The notes beneath the pieces are model-generated. The model searched no databases and was not told the origin of the DNA. It saw only the letters and a list, made by a program, of their open reading frames with translations. A stretch of DNA of 64,000 nt, taken from an uncultured Clostridia bacterium (GTDB lineage: Bacteria > Bacillota > Clostridia > TANB77 > CAG-508). The stretch's first letter is position 1. Each line of letters starts with the position of its first letter. The stretch covers positions 5,587 to 69,586 of the forward strand of contig CALXFJ010000004.1 in NCBI GenBank assembly GCA_944387565.1, given 5' to 3'. Made by a program: the position numbers and the translations under genes. Positions 20,275-32,459 of this stretch are shown here, in pieces.

Positions 20275-23200
20275 ATGCTTGTAGATAATATGGTTTTAGA
20301 AAGATTATACCAAGATGCAGGAGAAAAAAGAAAAGAAAAAGCAATAGACTATCAAAAAGCAGGAAAAGTACGAATAAAAAATGTAGAATATGAAAATAGT
20401 AGAAACTTTGAAATAAGTGCAATAGTTGTTGGAACAGATGTGTATAGAACATATATAAGTATAAAAGATGGAATAGTAGAAGATGTAAGCTGTACTTGTG
20501 AAGATTATTATAATCATTATGGAATATGCAAGCATAGCTTAGCAAGCGTAATAGAAATGCAAAAAAATAATAACTATATAGATAAATATAAAGTAAAAGA
20601 AAAAGAGGAAAAAGCAAAAACAAGAAATGTATTAAACTTAGGTAATGAATATAGGAATTTTAAACAAATAGTAAATAGTTTTTATCAAGAAGAAATAGAT
20701 GGAATAGAAGAAGGAGAGGAAGGAGAAATTCCTATAAGTGGAGACATAAATATAGAACCTACAATTTACTATGATAAATTTGCAAATGACATGAAAGTCG
20801 AATTTAAAATAGGAAACAAAAGAATGTATAAAATAAAGAATTTATCAGAATTTTATACAAGAATGATGAACAAAGAATTATATAAATATGGAGAAAAACT
20901 AGAATTTATACATACGAAGTCAGCATTTAATGAAGAAAGTCAAGAACTATTAGATTTTATTATGAAATATGCAGAAATAATAAAATATGCAAACTCAAAC
21001 TCAAATAGTAATTATAGATATTACGGAAAAGCATTAAGTGAAACAAGTATAATATTAGGAAATAGCGGAATAGATGATTTATTTGATGTATTAAAAGGAA
21101 AAGAAGTAGCATTTAACAAAGACTTTAAAGAAGAAAAGGTGGAATTTACAGAAGAAGAGCCATCATTAAAATTTGAGCTTAAAAAGAAACAAGATGGTAA
21201 TTTTATAATAATACCAACAGAAGAAATATATGAAATTACAATATTAAAAGGGAAAAAATATAAATATGTATTAGAAAATAGAAAATTATATCGCTGTAGC
21301 AAAGAATTTGAAAAATCAAATTTAAAATTACTAGATTTATTTAAACAAAACTATATTACAGAATTAGAATTTGGAAAAAATGAATTAACAGAATTCTTTT
21401 CAGTTGTAATGCCAAGAGTAAAAAATGCAATTGAAATAGAAAAAGGTTTAAATGAAGAAATAGAAGAATATAAACCAAAAGAATTAATAGTAAAAGCATA
21501 TTTAGACTTTGATAAGAATGATTATTTAGTAGCAGACGTAAAATTTTGCTATGACACAAATGAATTTAATCCATTAGATGAAACAGTAAAGATAACATTT
21601 CCAAGAAATATGGTGCAAGAAACAAAAGCTCTAAATACACTGAGAAAAACAGGTTTTATGCTAGATGTAAAAAATACGAGATTTATATTACCAAATGAAG
21701 ATAAAATATATAAATTTTTAACGGAAGATATAAACTATTATATGCAAAAATTTGAAGTAATGGTAACGGAAAATTTTAAAACAAAACAAATAAGAAGCCC
21801 TAAAATGGGTAGCATAGGTGTAAAAGTAGAAAATGACTTGTTATATGTTGACTTAAAAAATATAGATATAGACCCAGAAGAATTAAAAGACATAATGGAA
21901 AAATACAAATTAAAGAAAAAATACTATAGACTAAAAGATGGAAGTTTTTTAAACTTAGAAGATAATAAAGAAGTAGAATTTTTAGACAAATTAACAACAG
22001 GAATGGATATAGACTATGAAGAAATAGAAGATGGAGAAATAAGACTTCCAGTAAATAGAACATTATATTTAAATCAATTATTAAAAAAATTAAAAGGAAC
22101 AGAAATTGTAAGAAACTCAGAATATAAAGAAATAGTAAATGAACTAGATAAAGACCAATTAGAAGAAACAGCAGAAGTTCCAGAAGACTTAGCAGGAATC
22201 CTTAGATATTATCAAAAAACAGGATTTAAATGGTTAAAAATTTTAGATAAATATCATTTTGGAGGAATACTTGCAGATGATATGGGACTTGGAAAAACAG
22301 TACAAATGTTGTCAGTAATAGTAGATTATGCAAAAAATAAAGATAGAAAACCAAGTTTAGTAGTATCACCAAGTTCACTTACATTAAACTGGCAAAATGA
22401 AGTAAAAAAATTCACCAATAAATTAAAGACAATAGTAATAAGAGGAACTTTGCAAGAAAGAAAATACTTAATTGAGAATATAAAAGATTATGACTTAGTA
22501 ATAACATCATATGACTTATTAAAAAGAGATATAGACATATATAAAGAAAAAGATTACCGATTTAAATATGTAATTGCAGATGAAGCACAATATTTAAAAA
22601 ATAGTAATACAAAAAATGCAAAAGCAATAAAACAAATAAAAGCAGATACAAGATATGCATTAACAGGAACACCAATAGAGAACTCTCTTGCAGAATTATG
22701 GTCTATATTTGACTTTATAATGCCAGGATATTTATTTACATATAGAAAATTTAAAAACCTATATGAAACACCAATAGTAAAAGAAAATGATGAAAAAGCA
22801 ATGCAAAAACTAAAAATGTTAATAGAACCATTTATATTAAGAAGAAATAAAAAAGAGGTTTTAACAGAACTTCCAGAAAAAACAGTAACAGTAATGAATA
22901 ATGAAATGAACGAAGAACAAAGAAATCTATATTTAAATTATTTGGCAAGGGCAAAACAAGAATTAGCAGAACAAATAAAATTAAATGGATATGAAAATAC
23001 ACACATGCAAATATTAGCAGCGCTAACAAGACTAAGACAAATATGCTGCCATCCAAGTTTATTTATAGAAGGATATAAAGATGGAAGTAGTAAATTAGAC
23101 CAATGCATAGAAATTATACAAGATGCAATAACAGGAGGACATAAGATATTATTGTTTTCTGGATATACATCAATGTTTGAAATAATAGAAAAAGAATTAA

Positions 23201-23598
23201 AGAAAAGAAATATAGTATATTTTAAATTAACGGGCTCAACAAAAGTAGATGATAGAATAAAATTGGTAGACGAATTTAACGAAAATCCGGAAATAAAAGT
23301 ATTTCTAATATCATTAAAAGCAGGCGGAACAGGATTAAACCTAACAGGAGCAGATATGGTAATACACTACGACCCATGGTGGAATGTATCCACAGAGAAT
23401 CAAGCAACAGACAGAGCCTATAGAATAGGACAAAAAAATAATGTACAAGTTTATAAGCTAATAACAAAAAACTCTATAGAAGAAAAAATATATGAACTAC
23501 AAGAAAAGAAAGCAAAATTAGCAGACAATATGTTAGACACAAAGACAACATTTATAAACAGATTCTCAAAAGAAGAAATAATGAAACTGTTCGAATAA
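20275..23598 (+). CDS. SNF2-family helicase/ATPase with an N-terminal SWIM zinc finger (YwqA-like)
   Basis: SWIM CxC...CxH (CTCEDYYNHYGICKH). Helicase motifs LADDMGLGKT, DEAQ and the C-terminal QATDRAYRIGQ. ATG 20275 is preferred over the track start because GGAGGGG lies 7 nt upstream. Confidence 0.88.
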   Translation: MLVDNMVLERLYQDAGEKRKEKAIDYQKAGKVRIKNVEYENSRNFEISAIVVGTDVYRTYISIKDGIVEDVSCTCEDYYNHYGICKHSLASVIEMQKNNNYIDKYKVKEKEEKAKTRNVLNLGNEYRNFKQIVNSFYQEEIDGIEEGEEGEIPISGDINIEPTIYYDKFANDMKVEFKIGNKRMYKIKNLSEFYTRMMNKELYKYGEKLEFIHTKSAFNEESQELLDFIMKYAEIIKYANSNSNSNYRYYGKALSETSIILGNSGIDDLFDVLKGKEVAFNKDFKEEKVEFTEEEPSLKFELKKKQDGNFIIIPTEEIYEITILKGKKYKYVLENRKLYRCSKEFEKSNLKLLDLFKQNYITELEFGKNELTEFFSVVMPRVKNAIEIEKGLNEEIEEYKPKELIVKAYLDFDKNDYLVADVKFCYDTNEFNPLDETVKITFPRNMVQETKALNTLRKTGFMLDVKNTRFILPNEDKIYKFLTEDINYYMQKFEVMVTENFKTKQIRSPKMGSIGVKVENDLLYVDLKNIDIDPEELKDIMEKYKLKKKYYRLKDGSFLNLEDNKEVEFLDKLTTGMDIDYEEIEDGEIRLPVNRTLYLNQLLKKLKGTEIVRNSEYKEIVNELDKDQLEETAEVPEDLAGILRYYQKTGFKWLKILDKYHFGGILADDMGLGKTVQMLSVIVDYAKNKDRKPSLVVSPSSLTLNWQNEVKKFTNKLKTIVIRGTLQERKYLIENIKDYDLVITSYDLLKRDIDIYKEKDYRFKYVIADEAQYLKNSNTKNAKAIKQIKADTRYALTGTPIENSLAELWSIFDFIMPGYLFTYRKFKNLYETPIVKENDEKAMQKLKMLIEPFILRRNKKEVLTELPEKTVTVMNNEMNEEQRNLYLNYLARAKQELAEQIKLNGYENTHMQILAALTRLRQICCHPSLFIEGYKDGSSKLDQCIEIIQDAITGGHKILLFSGYTSMFEIIEKELKKRNIVYFKLTGSTKVDDRIKLVDEFNENPEIKVFLISLKAGGTGLNLTGADMVIHYDPWWNVSTENQATDRAYRIGQKNNVQVYKLITKNSIEEKIYELQEKKAKLADNMLDTKTTFINRFSKEEIMKLFE

Positions 23599-23645
23599 TT
23601 GATAATTGTTCCTAACTGGTCATAGGTTTGTAAAGGAGATTAAAA

Positions 23646-25007
23646 ATGAATAATTATATTACAGTAATTGGCGGAGGGTTAGCTGGTTCAGAAGCGGCAT
23701 ACCAAATAGCAAAAAGAGGAATAAAAGTTAAATTATATGAAATGAAACCTTTAAAATATTCCCCAGCACATTCTAATAAAGATTTAGCAGAAATAGTTTG
23801 TAGCAATTCTTTTAAATCTAATCTTATAACAAATGCGTGTGGATTGTTAAAAGAAGAGTTGAGAAATTTAGATTCTTTATTAATTAGAATTGCAGATGAG
23901 ACCAAGGTCGCTGCAGGACAAGCTTTAGCAGTAGATAGAGAAGTATTTTCTAAAAGAGTAACTGAAGAAATTGAAAAAAATCCTTTAATAGAGATAGTAC
24001 ATGAAGAAATAACAGATGTCTCAAAAATCTCTAAAGAAGGAATAGTAATAATAGCAACAGGACCATTAACTTCAGATGGATTAGCAAAAGAAATAGCGAA
24101 TATAACAGGTGAAGATAAGTTGTATTTTTATGATGCAGCAGCTCCGATTATTAGTAAAAGCAGTATTAATTTTGATATAGCTTTTTACGGAGATAGGTAT
24201 AGTGAAGAAAAGAGAAAAGATGAAACAGAGGAAGAATGGAAAGAAAGATTAAAAGAACAAGAAGGAAAAGAACAAAGTTATATAAATCTTCCAATGAGTA
24301 AGGAAGAGTATGAAAACTTTTGGAATGAATTAGTAAATGCAGAAGTTGTAACATTACATGATTTTGAAAAAAGAGAAATATTTGAAGGGTGTATGCCAAT
24401 AGAAATAATGGCTAAAAGAGGAAGAGATACATTAAGATTTGGACCATTAAAGCCAGTTGGTTTTGATGACCCAAGAACGGCTAAAAGACCATATGCTTTG
24501 GTTCAATTAAGACAAGATGATAAGCAAGCGAGTATTTATAATATGGTGGGATTTCAGACTAATTTAAAATTTGGGGAGCAAAAAAGAGTATTTAGTATGA
24601 TACCAGGTTTAGAAAATGCAGAGTTTGTAAAATATGGTGTTATGCACAGAAATACATATATAAATTCAAGTAATTTATTAGATGAAACATATTGCTTAAA
24701 GAAAAATAGAAATATATATTTTTCAGGTCAATTAACAGGCGTTGAAGGATATGTAGAATCAATATCTTCAGGATTAGTTGCAGCTTTAAATGCAGTAGAA
24801 GCTTTTAATAAAAATAGAAATAAAATAACATTTTCAGAATATACAATAATAGGAGCTTTAGCTAAATATATATCTACTCCAAATAAAAATTTCCAACCTA
24901 TGAATGCTAACTTTGGAATATTACCTGAGTTAGATGGAAAGAAAATAAAAGATAAAAAAGAAAGATATAAAAAATTAGCCGAAAGAAGTTTAGAAAACTT
25001 GAAATAA
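23646..25007 (+). CDS. trmFO: Methylenetetrahydrofolate--tRNA-(uracil-5-)-methyltransferase
   Basis: VIGGGLAGSEAAYQ FAD motif. The conserved Cys contexts VCSNS and EGCMPIE are both present. Confidence 0.9.
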   Translation: MNNYITVIGGGLAGSEAAYQIAKRGIKVKLYEMKPLKYSPAHSNKDLAEIVCSNSFKSNLITNACGLLKEELRNLDSLLIRIADETKVAAGQALAVDREVFSKRVTEEIEKNPLIEIVHEEITDVSKISKEGIVIIATGPLTSDGLAKEIANITGEDKLYFYDAAAPIISKSSINFDIAFYGDRYSEEKRKDETEEEWKERLKEQEGKEQSYINLPMSKEEYENFWNELVNAEVVTLHDFEKREIFEGCMPIEIMAKRGRDTLRFGPLKPVGFDDPRTAKRPYALVQLRQDDKQASIYNMVGFQTNLKFGEQKRVFSMIPGLENAEFVKYGVMHRNTYINSSNLLDETYCLKKNRNIYFSGQLTGVEGYVESISSGLVAALNAVEAFNKNRNKITFSEYTIIGALAKYISTPNKNFQPMNANFGILPELDGKKIKDKKERYKKLAERSLENLK

Positions 25008-25009
25008 AG

Positions 25010-25043
25010 TTTAAAGGAGTGGTACAAAAACTACTCCTTTAAA
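25010..25043 (+). terminator. Hairpin after trmFO
   Basis: TTTAAAGGAGT pairs with ACTCCTTTAAA (11 bp). There is no clean U-tail. Confidence 0.5.
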
Positions 25044-25064
25044 TATTACAAATATTACTAAAAT

Positions 25065-25089
25065 ATTACATTTTTATTAAAAATGTAAT
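25065..25089. promoter_or_regulatory. Perfect 11-bp inverted repeat ATTACATTTTT-att-AAAAATGTAAT (operator-like)
   Basis: Read directly from the sequence. It lies 18 nt upstream of the -35 of the 25185 gene promoter and is preceded by ATATTAC direct repeats (25043, 25052, 25063). Confidence 0.5.
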
Positions 25090-25106
25090 AAATTTACATA
25101 AAACAG

Positions 25107-25135
25107 TTGATTGGAATAGTAAAAAATGGTATAAT
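25107..25135 (+). promoter_or_regulatory. Sigma-A promoter with an extended -10
   Basis: TTGATT, a 17-nt spacer, then TGgTATAAT. Confidence 0.65.
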
Positions 25136-25184
25136 GTAAAAAGAGATTATATTTGTACAAGTAGTACAAAGGGGGTATTTTATA

Positions 25185-26429
25185 ATGAAAGATAAAAGAA
25201 AATGGGAAGAAACATATGAAGAATATAAATCACCAGAAAGACAAGCAAGATTCCTTGAATTGAAATTTAGATTAGAAAATAATAGTACAGATAAAACAGG
25301 ACAAATACATATGACAAAAGAGGAATATGACGAATATCAAAAAATGAAAAAGATAATGGATAATCTTCCTAAAGTTGATAATTTGAAAGAATATATGAAT
25401 AGACTTGAAGCTGATTTTTCTAAACTAAAAAATGAATATAATTTAAGAGAACAACAAGGAAAAGATAAAGATAGAGAAGACGCTTTAGAAAAAGAAATTA
25501 CAGAAAACATGAAAAAACATGATGAGGCTATAGCTAGAAGAAAGGAAATAAGTAAAAAAATAGCTGAAACTACAAAACCAGAAGAAAAAGCAAAATTAGA
25601 AGTTGAAAAAGATAAAATTGATAAAGAAATATCAGATTTAAGAGCAAATACAGAAAAAAATAATAAAGAATTTACAGATATTAAAAGTAGAGAAGGACAA
25701 TATACTTTTGATAAATCTTTAAAAGATTATTCAATAGAAGATTTAAAATATAATTGTCAAGAAATAAGAACAACTATAAGTAAATGTAATTTAGTTGCTA
25801 ACAATTTAATGAAAGGATTAAGCAGAGATAGTATCCAACCTAAATTAGAAGGATGGAAAGACAGAAAATTAACTTCTAAAGAACCATTACCTGCTAGAAA
25901 ACAAGACCCTGTTGAAGCGGAGAAAGGTAGACAAGGATTAGCAAAATTAGTGGGAAAAACAGAAAAGAGCCAACCAAATGTAAAAAAAGATGATGATAAG
26001 TCATTAACTCAAATTGTAAACGATGCATATAATAAATTACCAGCAAAACAATATACATTTGAAGAAGCATTTCCAAGATTAGCAAAGATATTCCCTAAAC
26101 TTGCAGAAACAAGAGTAGGTAAAAAAATGTTAGAGATTAAACAAAAACGTGATGATAAAAAAGCTACAAAAAGCCAAGAACAACAAGGAAACAGTCAACC
26201 ATCTGATAATAATGTATCTGCTAATAAAACTGAAAATGATAAGAGAAAAGAATTTAGAAGTTATATAAAATATAATGTATTAGATGTTGCAGATAAAGGA
26301 TTTGATACCGTAAGACAAGAAGATTTAGAAAAGAGAAGAGAAGAAATGCAAGCAAAAGCAAAAGCTAAATCTGAAGAAATGAAGAAACAACAATTAGGAA
26401 CACAAAATAAAGGCGAAGATGCTAGATAA
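25185..26429 (+). CDS. Hypothetical K/E-rich coiled-coil-like protein (414 aa)
   Basis: RBS AAGGGGG is upstream, and the gene is flanked by its own promoter and terminator. No signal peptide and no recognisable family. Confidence 0.6.
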   Translation: MKDKRKWEETYEEYKSPERQARFLELKFRLENNSTDKTGQIHMTKEEYDEYQKMKKIMDNLPKVDNLKEYMNRLEADFSKLKNEYNLREQQGKDKDREDALEKEITENMKKHDEAIARRKEISKKIAETTKPEEKAKLEVEKDKIDKEISDLRANTEKNNKEFTDIKSREGQYTFDKSLKDYSIEDLKYNCQEIRTTISKCNLVANNLMKGLSRDSIQPKLEGWKDRKLTSKEPLPARKQDPVEAEKGRQGLAKLVGKTEKSQPNVKKDDDKSLTQIVNDAYNKLPAKQYTFEEAFPRLAKIFPKLAETRVGKKMLEIKQKRDDKKATKSQEQQGNSQPSDNNVSANKTENDKRKEFRSYIKYNVLDVADKGFDTVRQEDLEKRREEMQAKAKAKSEEMKKQQLGTQNKGEDAR

Positions 26430-26449
26430 TATAAAATAAGAAATATACA

Positions 26450-26477
26450 AAAACTTGGGATTTTTCCCAAGTTTTTC
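26450..26477 (+). terminator. Rho-independent terminator
   Basis: AAACTTGGGA-tttt-TCCCAAGTTT followed by a T-run. Confidence 0.8.
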
Positions 26478-26506
26478 TTGACTTTTAAGTATGTACATGA
26501 TAAAAT
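26478..26506 (+). promoter_or_regulatory. Sigma-A promoter of the rpsL operon
   Basis: TTGACT, a 17-nt spacer ending in TGA, then TAAAAT. Confidence 0.6.
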
Positions 26507-26581
26507 ATGATTTGTTATAGTAAATTGTGTGTAATGCATATTTCCGTAACAAAAAAATAAAAATTAGGAGGTGAAATTTAA

Positions 26582-26995
26582 GTGCCAACAATTAATCAAT
26601 TAGTAAGAAAAGGAAGAAAAAGTAAGGTAAGCAAAGTTACAGCACCAGCTCTTCGTTATGGATACAACTCAATGAAAAAAAGACCTACAAATAGTAGATC
26701 ACCACAAAAAAGAGGAGTTTGTACAGTTGTAAAAACAGTTACACCTAAAAAACCTAACTCAGCTTTAAGAAAAGTTGCCAGAGTTAGACTTTCAAATGGT
26801 TATGAAGTAATATCTTATATTCCAGGTATAGGACATAACCTACAAGAACACAGTGTTGTATTAATAAGAGGTGGTAGAGTAAAAGACCTTCCAGGTGTTA
26901 GATACCATATCATTAGAGGAACATTAGATACAGCAGGTGTTAAAGATAGGATGCAAGCACGTTCTAAATACGGAGCTAAAAAACCTAAAAAATAA
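26582..26995 (+). CDS. rpsL: 30S ribosomal protein S12
   Basis: [12 protein letters not shown]... with a GTG start after AGGAGGTG. Confidence 0.97.
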   Translation: MPTINQLVRKGRKSKVSKVTAPALRYGYNSMKKRPTNSRSPQKRGVCTVVKTVTPKKPNSALRKVARVRLSNGYEVISYIPGIGHNLQEHSVVLIRGGRVKDLPGVRYHIIRGTLDTAGVKDRMQARSKYGAKKPKK

Positions 26996-27625
<630 letters not shown>

Positions 27626-27675
27626 AATTAATTAAAATAAAACCGCAAAAATAAACGGAAGGGGGAAATTAAAAG

Positions 27676-29757
27676 ATGGCAGGAAGAGAATACCCACTAG
27701 AAAGAACTAGAAATATAGGAATCATGGCACACATTGATGCAGGAAAAACAACAACAACTGAAAGAATACTATTTTATACAGGAAAAACTCATAAAATAGG
27801 AGAAGTTCATGAAGGTGCTGCAACAATGGACTGGATGGAACAAGAACAAGAAAGAGGTATTACAATTACATCTGCTGCTACAACATGTTTTTGGAAAAAC
27901 AATAGAATAAATATTATTGATACTCCAGGACACGTTGACTTTACAGTAGAAGTACAAAGGTCTCTAAGAGTATTAGATGGTTCTGTTACAGTTTTAGCTG
28001 CTAGAGGTGGTGTTCAACCACAAACAGAAACAGTTTGGAGACAAGCTGATAAATATCATGTACCAAGAATGGTATATGTAAACAAAATGGATATAACTGG
28101 AGCAAACTTTATGCTTTGCGTTGAACAATTAAAAACAAGATTACACGCAAATCCAGTTCCAATACAATTACCAATTGGAGCAGAAGACAATTTCAAAGGA
28201 ATAGTTGATTTAATAAAAATGAGATCATTTATTCATAAAGATGATTTAGGAAAAGAAATTGTTGAAGGTGATGTTCCAGAAGATATGATGGAAATGGCTA
28301 AAAAATATAGAGAAGCCATGATAGAAGCAGCAGCAGATCAAGATGAAGAATTAATGATGAAATACCTAGATGGTGAAGAATTAACAGAGGAAGAAATCAA
28401 AAGAGGTCTTCGTAAAGGAACTATAGACAATAAATTAGTACCTGTTACATGTGGTTCTTCATATAAAAACAAAGGTGTTCAAGAGTTATTAAACGCTATA
28501 GTTGATTATATGCCATCACCACTTGATGTACCACATATCAAAGGTGTTGACTTAGACGGAAATGAAGTAGAAAGAAAAACATCTGACAAAGAGCCTTTTG
28601 CAGCATTAGCATTCAAAATAGCAACAGACCCATTTGTTGGAAAATTATGTTTCTTTAGAGTATATTCAGGAACATTAGAAACAGGCTCAACAGTATTAAA
28701 TTCAAATAAAGATAAAAAAGAAAGAATTGGTAGAATTCTTCAAATGCATGCTAACCATAGACAAGATATAGATAAGGTATATGCAGGAGATATCGCAGCA
28801 GCAGTAGGTGTAAAAGATGTTACAACAGGAGATACATTATGTGATATTGATCACCCTGTAATATTAGAATCTATGGAATTCCCAGACCCAGTTATTGATA
28901 TAGCTATAGAGCCTAAAGACAAAGTAGCTCAAGAAAAGATGGCTGTGGCATTAAGTAAATTAGCAGAAGAAGACCCAACTTTCAAAGTTCATACAAATCA
29001 AGAAACTGGACAAACAATTATTGCTGGTATGGGTGAATTACACTTAGACATAATTGTTGACCGTCTAAAAAGAGAATTTAAAGTTGAATGTAATGTAGGT
29101 AAACCACAAGTTGCTTACAAAGAAACAATTAGAAAGAAAGTTAGAGTTCAAGGTAAATTTATTCGTCAATCTGGTGGTAAAGGACAATATGGTGATGTTT
29201 GGTTTGAAATGGAACCATTAGAGCCAGGTAAAGGAATTGAATTCGAAAGCAAAATTGTCGGAGGAGCAGTTCCAAAAGAATACATTAAACCTATTGAACA
29301 AGGAATGAGAGAAGCAGCAGAAACAGGTATTTTAGCAGGATATCCTGTTACAGACTTTAAAGTAAGTTTAGTTGATGGTTCATACCATGAAGTTGACTCT
29401 TCAGAAATGGCATTCAAAATAGCAGCTGCTATGGCATTTAAAGAAGGTATGAAACAAGCTGATTCAGTAATTCTAGAACCTATAATGAAAGTTGAAATAA
29501 CAGTTCCAGAAGAATACATGGGAGATGTTATAGGAGATGTAAACTCTAGACGTGGTAGACTAGAAGGTATGGAAGGTGTAGATGGAATGCAAGAAATTCA
29601 TGCATTTATTCCACTTTCAGAAATGTTTGGTTATGCAACAGAATTACGTTCTAGAACACAAGGTAGAGGAACATATTCAATGGAACCATCTCATTATGAA
29701 GAAGTTCCAAAATCAGTTTTTGAAGCAATTGTATCTTCAAGAGCTAAAAAAGAATAA
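27676..29757 (+). CDS. fusA: Elongation factor G
   Basis: [15 protein letters not shown] and DTPGHVDF motifs. Length is 693 aa. Confidence 0.97.
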   Translation: MAGREYPLERTRNIGIMAHIDAGKTTTTERILFYTGKTHKIGEVHEGAATMDWMEQEQERGITITSAATTCFWKNNRINIIDTPGHVDFTVEVQRSLRVLDGSVTVLAARGGVQPQTETVWRQADKYHVPRMVYVNKMDITGANFMLCVEQLKTRLHANPVPIQLPIGAEDNFKGIVDLIKMRSFIHKDDLGKEIVEGDVPEDMMEMAKKYREAMIEAAADQDEELMMKYLDGEELTEEEIKRGLRKGTIDNKLVPVTCGSSYKNKGVQELLNAIVDYMPSPLDVPHIKGVDLDGNEVERKTSDKEPFAALAFKIATDPFVGKLCFFRVYSGTLETGSTVLNSNKDKKERIGRILQMHANHRQDIDKVYAGDIAAAVGVKDVTTGDTLCDIDHPVILESMEFPDPVIDIAIEPKDKVAQEKMAVALSKLAEEDPTFKVHTNQETGQTIIAGMGELHLDIIVDRLKREFKVECNVGKPQVAYKETIRKKVRVQGKFIRQSGGKGQYGDVWFEMEPLEPGKGIEFESKIVGGAVPKEYIKPIEQGMREAAETGILAGYPVTDFKVSLVDGSYHEVDSSEMAFKIAAAMAFKEGMKQADSVILEPIMKVEITVPEEYMGDVIGDVNSRRGRLEGMEGVDGMQEIHAFIPLSEMFGYATELRSRTQGRGTYSMEPSHYEEVPKSVFEAIVSSRAKKE

Positions 29758-29763
29758 AAAAGC

Positions 29764-29792
29764 TTGCATTTTTATAAGAAATGTTATAAAAT
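29764..29792 (+). promoter_or_regulatory. Possible internal promoter for tuf
   Basis: TTGCAT, a 17-nt spacer, then TAAAAT, directly after the fusA stop. Confidence 0.4.
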
Positions 29793-29879
29793 ACTAATGC
29801 AATTAATTTAAGTTATTAAATTTAAAAAAATAATATTAAAGTAGCTAAAAAGCTAACTTTTAAAAGGAGGAATTTTAAT

Positions 29880-31082
29880 ATGGCAAAGGAGAAATTTGAA
29901 AGAACAAAGCCACACGTTAATATCGGTACAATTGGTCACGTAGACCATGGAAAAACAACAACAACAGCCGCTATTACAAAATATTTATCATTATTAGGAA
30001 AAGCTAAATATGAAGCATACGATCAAATTGATGGTGCTCCAGAAGAAAAAGCAAGAGGAATCACAATCAACACAGCTCACGTAGAATATGAAACAGATAA
30101 AAGACACTATGCACACGTTGACTGTCCAGGACATGCTGACTATGTTAAAAACATGATTACTGGTGCTGCACAAATGGATGGTGCTATCTTAGTTGTTTCA
30201 GCAGCTGATGGACCAATGCCTCAAACAAGAGAGCACATCTTACTTGCTAGACAAGTTGGAGTTAAATATATCGTTGTTTATTTAAACAAATGTGATATGG
30301 TTGACGATCCAGAATTATTAGAATTAGTTGAAATGGAAGTTAGAGACTTATTAACAGAATATGGTTTCCCAGGAGACGAAGTTCCAATAGTAAAAGGTTC
30401 TTCATTAAAAGTTCTAGAATCTACATCAACAGATCCTAATGATCCAGTATATCAACCAATCAAAGAATTATTAGATGCAGTTGATAATTATATACCAACA
30501 CCAGAAAGACCAATTGACCAACCATTCTTAATGCCAGTTGAAGATGTATTCACAATCACAGGACGTGGAACAGTTGCAACAGGTAGAGTAGAAAGAGGAG
30601 AAGTAAAACTTCAAGACGAAGTTGAAATCATCGGTCTTACAACAGAAAGAAAGAAAACTGTTGTTACAGGTGTAGAAATGTTCAGAAAATTATTAGACCA
30701 AGCAGAAGCTGGTGACAACATCGGTGTTCTATTAAGAGGTATTGATAGAAAAGAAGTTGAAAGAGGACAAGTTCTTTGTAAACCAGGAACAATACATCCA
30801 CATACAAAATTCTCAGCAGAGGTTTATGTATTAACTAAAGAAGAAGGTGGACGTCATACACCATTCTTCAATGGATATAGACCACAATTCTACTTCAGAA
30901 CAACAGACGTTACTGGAGTTATCGAATTACCAGCAGGAACAGAAATGGTTATGCCTGGAGATAACGTATCTATGACAATCGAATTAATCACACCAATCGC
31001 TATTGAAAAAGGATTAAGATTCGCTATTCGTGAAGGTGGAAGAACAGTAGGTTCAGGAGTAGTTTCTGAAATAATGGAATAA
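29880..31082 (+). CDS. tuf: Elongation factor Tu
   Basis: GHVDHGKTT and DCPGHADY motifs. Length is 400 aa. Confidence 0.97.
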   Translation: MAKEKFERTKPHVNIGTIGHVDHGKTTTTAAITKYLSLLGKAKYEAYDQIDGAPEEKARGITINTAHVEYETDKRHYAHVDCPGHADYVKNMITGAAQMDGAILVVSAADGPMPQTREHILLARQVGVKYIVVYLNKCDMVDDPELLELVEMEVRDLLTEYGFPGDEVPIVKGSSLKVLESTSTDPNDPVYQPIKELLDAVDNYIPTPERPIDQPFLMPVEDVFTITGRGTVATGRVERGEVKLQDEVEIIGLTTERKKTVVTGVEMFRKLLDQAEAGDNIGVLLRGIDRKEVERGQVLCKPGTIHPHTKFSAEVYVLTKEEGGRHTPFFNGYRPQFYFRTTDVTGVIELPAGTEMVMPGDNVSMTIELITPIAIEKGLRFAIREGGRTVGSGVVSEIME

Positions 31083-31093
31083 TAAAATAATAA

Positions 31094-31121
31094 AAGGACG
31101 CTAATATTAGCGTTCTTTTTG
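31094..31121 (+). terminator. Rho-independent terminator after tuf
   Basis: AAGGACGCTAATATTAGCGTTCTTTTT. Confidence 0.85.
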
Positions 31122-31279
31122 CACTTTATTAAGAAAATTGAATAAAAAATAATAATATAGAGAAAAGACTTGCTTTTTTTATAAAACAATAATAAAATAT
31201 AAAAGAAGGTAAAGCCTTTTTTCTTTTTTGGAGAATAAATAAAAAAGGATGAATATATACATTATTAGGAGGAACTAAA

Positions 31280-32311
31280 ATGAAAATTATACTAGATGCT
31301 ATGGGTGGAGATAATGCACCTGATGCTAATATAAAAGGAGCAGTAAATAGTATTAATAAAGTGAAGGCAGAAGTTGTATTAGTAGGAAAAGAAGAAGTAA
31401 TTAGAAGCAAGATAAAAGAATTCTATGGAAAAGAAGTAGAAGAAATTTCTGATAGATTAAAAATAAAAAATGCAACTGAAACAATAGAGATGGAAGACCA
31501 ACCAACAGTTGCAATAAGACACAAAAAAGATTCATCAATGGTTGTAGGTTTTAGAATGCTTAAAGAAGGAGAAGGAGATGTATTTATATCTGCAGGAAAT
31601 TCAGGAGCATTACTAACTGGAGCAACATTAATAGTAGGTAGAATAAGAGGAATAGATAGACCAGCATTAGCAGGAATACTACCAGCATATAAAAGTAGGT
31701 TATTATTAATAGATGCAGGTTCAAATACAAACTGTAAGCCAATAAATCTATTACAATTTGCTCAAATTTCTAGTATATATTTAAAAAATACATTTGGAAT
31801 AGAACATCCAGCAATAGGTTTATTAAATATAGGTACAGAAGAAACAAAAGGTAATGATTTAGTAAAAGAAAGTTATAAGTTATTAAAAGAAAAATCAGAA
31901 GAATTAGGAATTAATTTTGTTGGAAATGTAGAAGGAAGAGATGCATTTTCAGGGAAAATAGATGCAATAGTAACAGATGGATTTACTGGAAATGTATTTT
32001 TAAAAACTACAGAAGGAGTAGGCAAATTTGTTAAAAGAACCTTAACAGAGAGTCTAACACATAATCTATTAACAAAGATATTAGCGCTACCATCACTTCC
32101 AGCAATTAAAAGATTTTCTAAAGAAATGGATTACAAATCATATGGTGGAGCTTTGTTTTTAGGAGTAAAGAAACCAGTTGTAAAAGCACATGGAAGTAGT
32201 GATGCATTATTATTTGAATATACAATAATACAAGCAGAAAAATTTGTTGAAAATAAAGCAGTAGATAAGATGATAGATGAATTTGATAAACAATCAAAAG
32301 CAAAAGAATAA
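31280..32311 (+). CDS. plsX: Phosphate acyltransferase PlsX
   Basis: MKIILDAMGGDNAP start and a later GNVEGRD motif. Length is 343 aa. Confidence 0.92.
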   Translation: MKIILDAMGGDNAPDANIKGAVNSINKVKAEVVLVGKEEVIRSKIKEFYGKEVEEISDRLKIKNATETIEMEDQPTVAIRHKKDSSMVVGFRMLKEGEGDVFISAGNSGALLTGATLIVGRIRGIDRPALAGILPAYKSRLLLIDAGSNTNCKPINLLQFAQISSIYLKNTFGIEHPAIGLLNIGTEETKGNDLVKESYKLLKEKSEELGINFVGNVEGRDAFSGKIDAIVTDGFTGNVFLKTTEGVGKFVKRTLTESLTHNLLTKILALPSLPAIKRFSKEMDYKSYGGALFLGVKKPVVKAHGSSDALLFEYTIIQAEKFVENKAVDKMIDEFDKQSKAKE

Positions 32312-32459
32312 CGGATTTTCTGACTTAGTAGTATAAATTTGCAAAAAAAGATAATTTTTACTTGACAAATAGTAAAACATATAATATAAATGAATTATCG
32401 CAAAGAAATATCAAATGAATATATCATTTGCAAACTTGAGAGGAGGTGAACTCTAAGTT

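Noticed and set aside
29582-29797. 71-aa ORF inside the 3' end of fusA.
   Set aside because: It is an out-of-frame overlap with a highly conserved EF-G segment, with no RBS.
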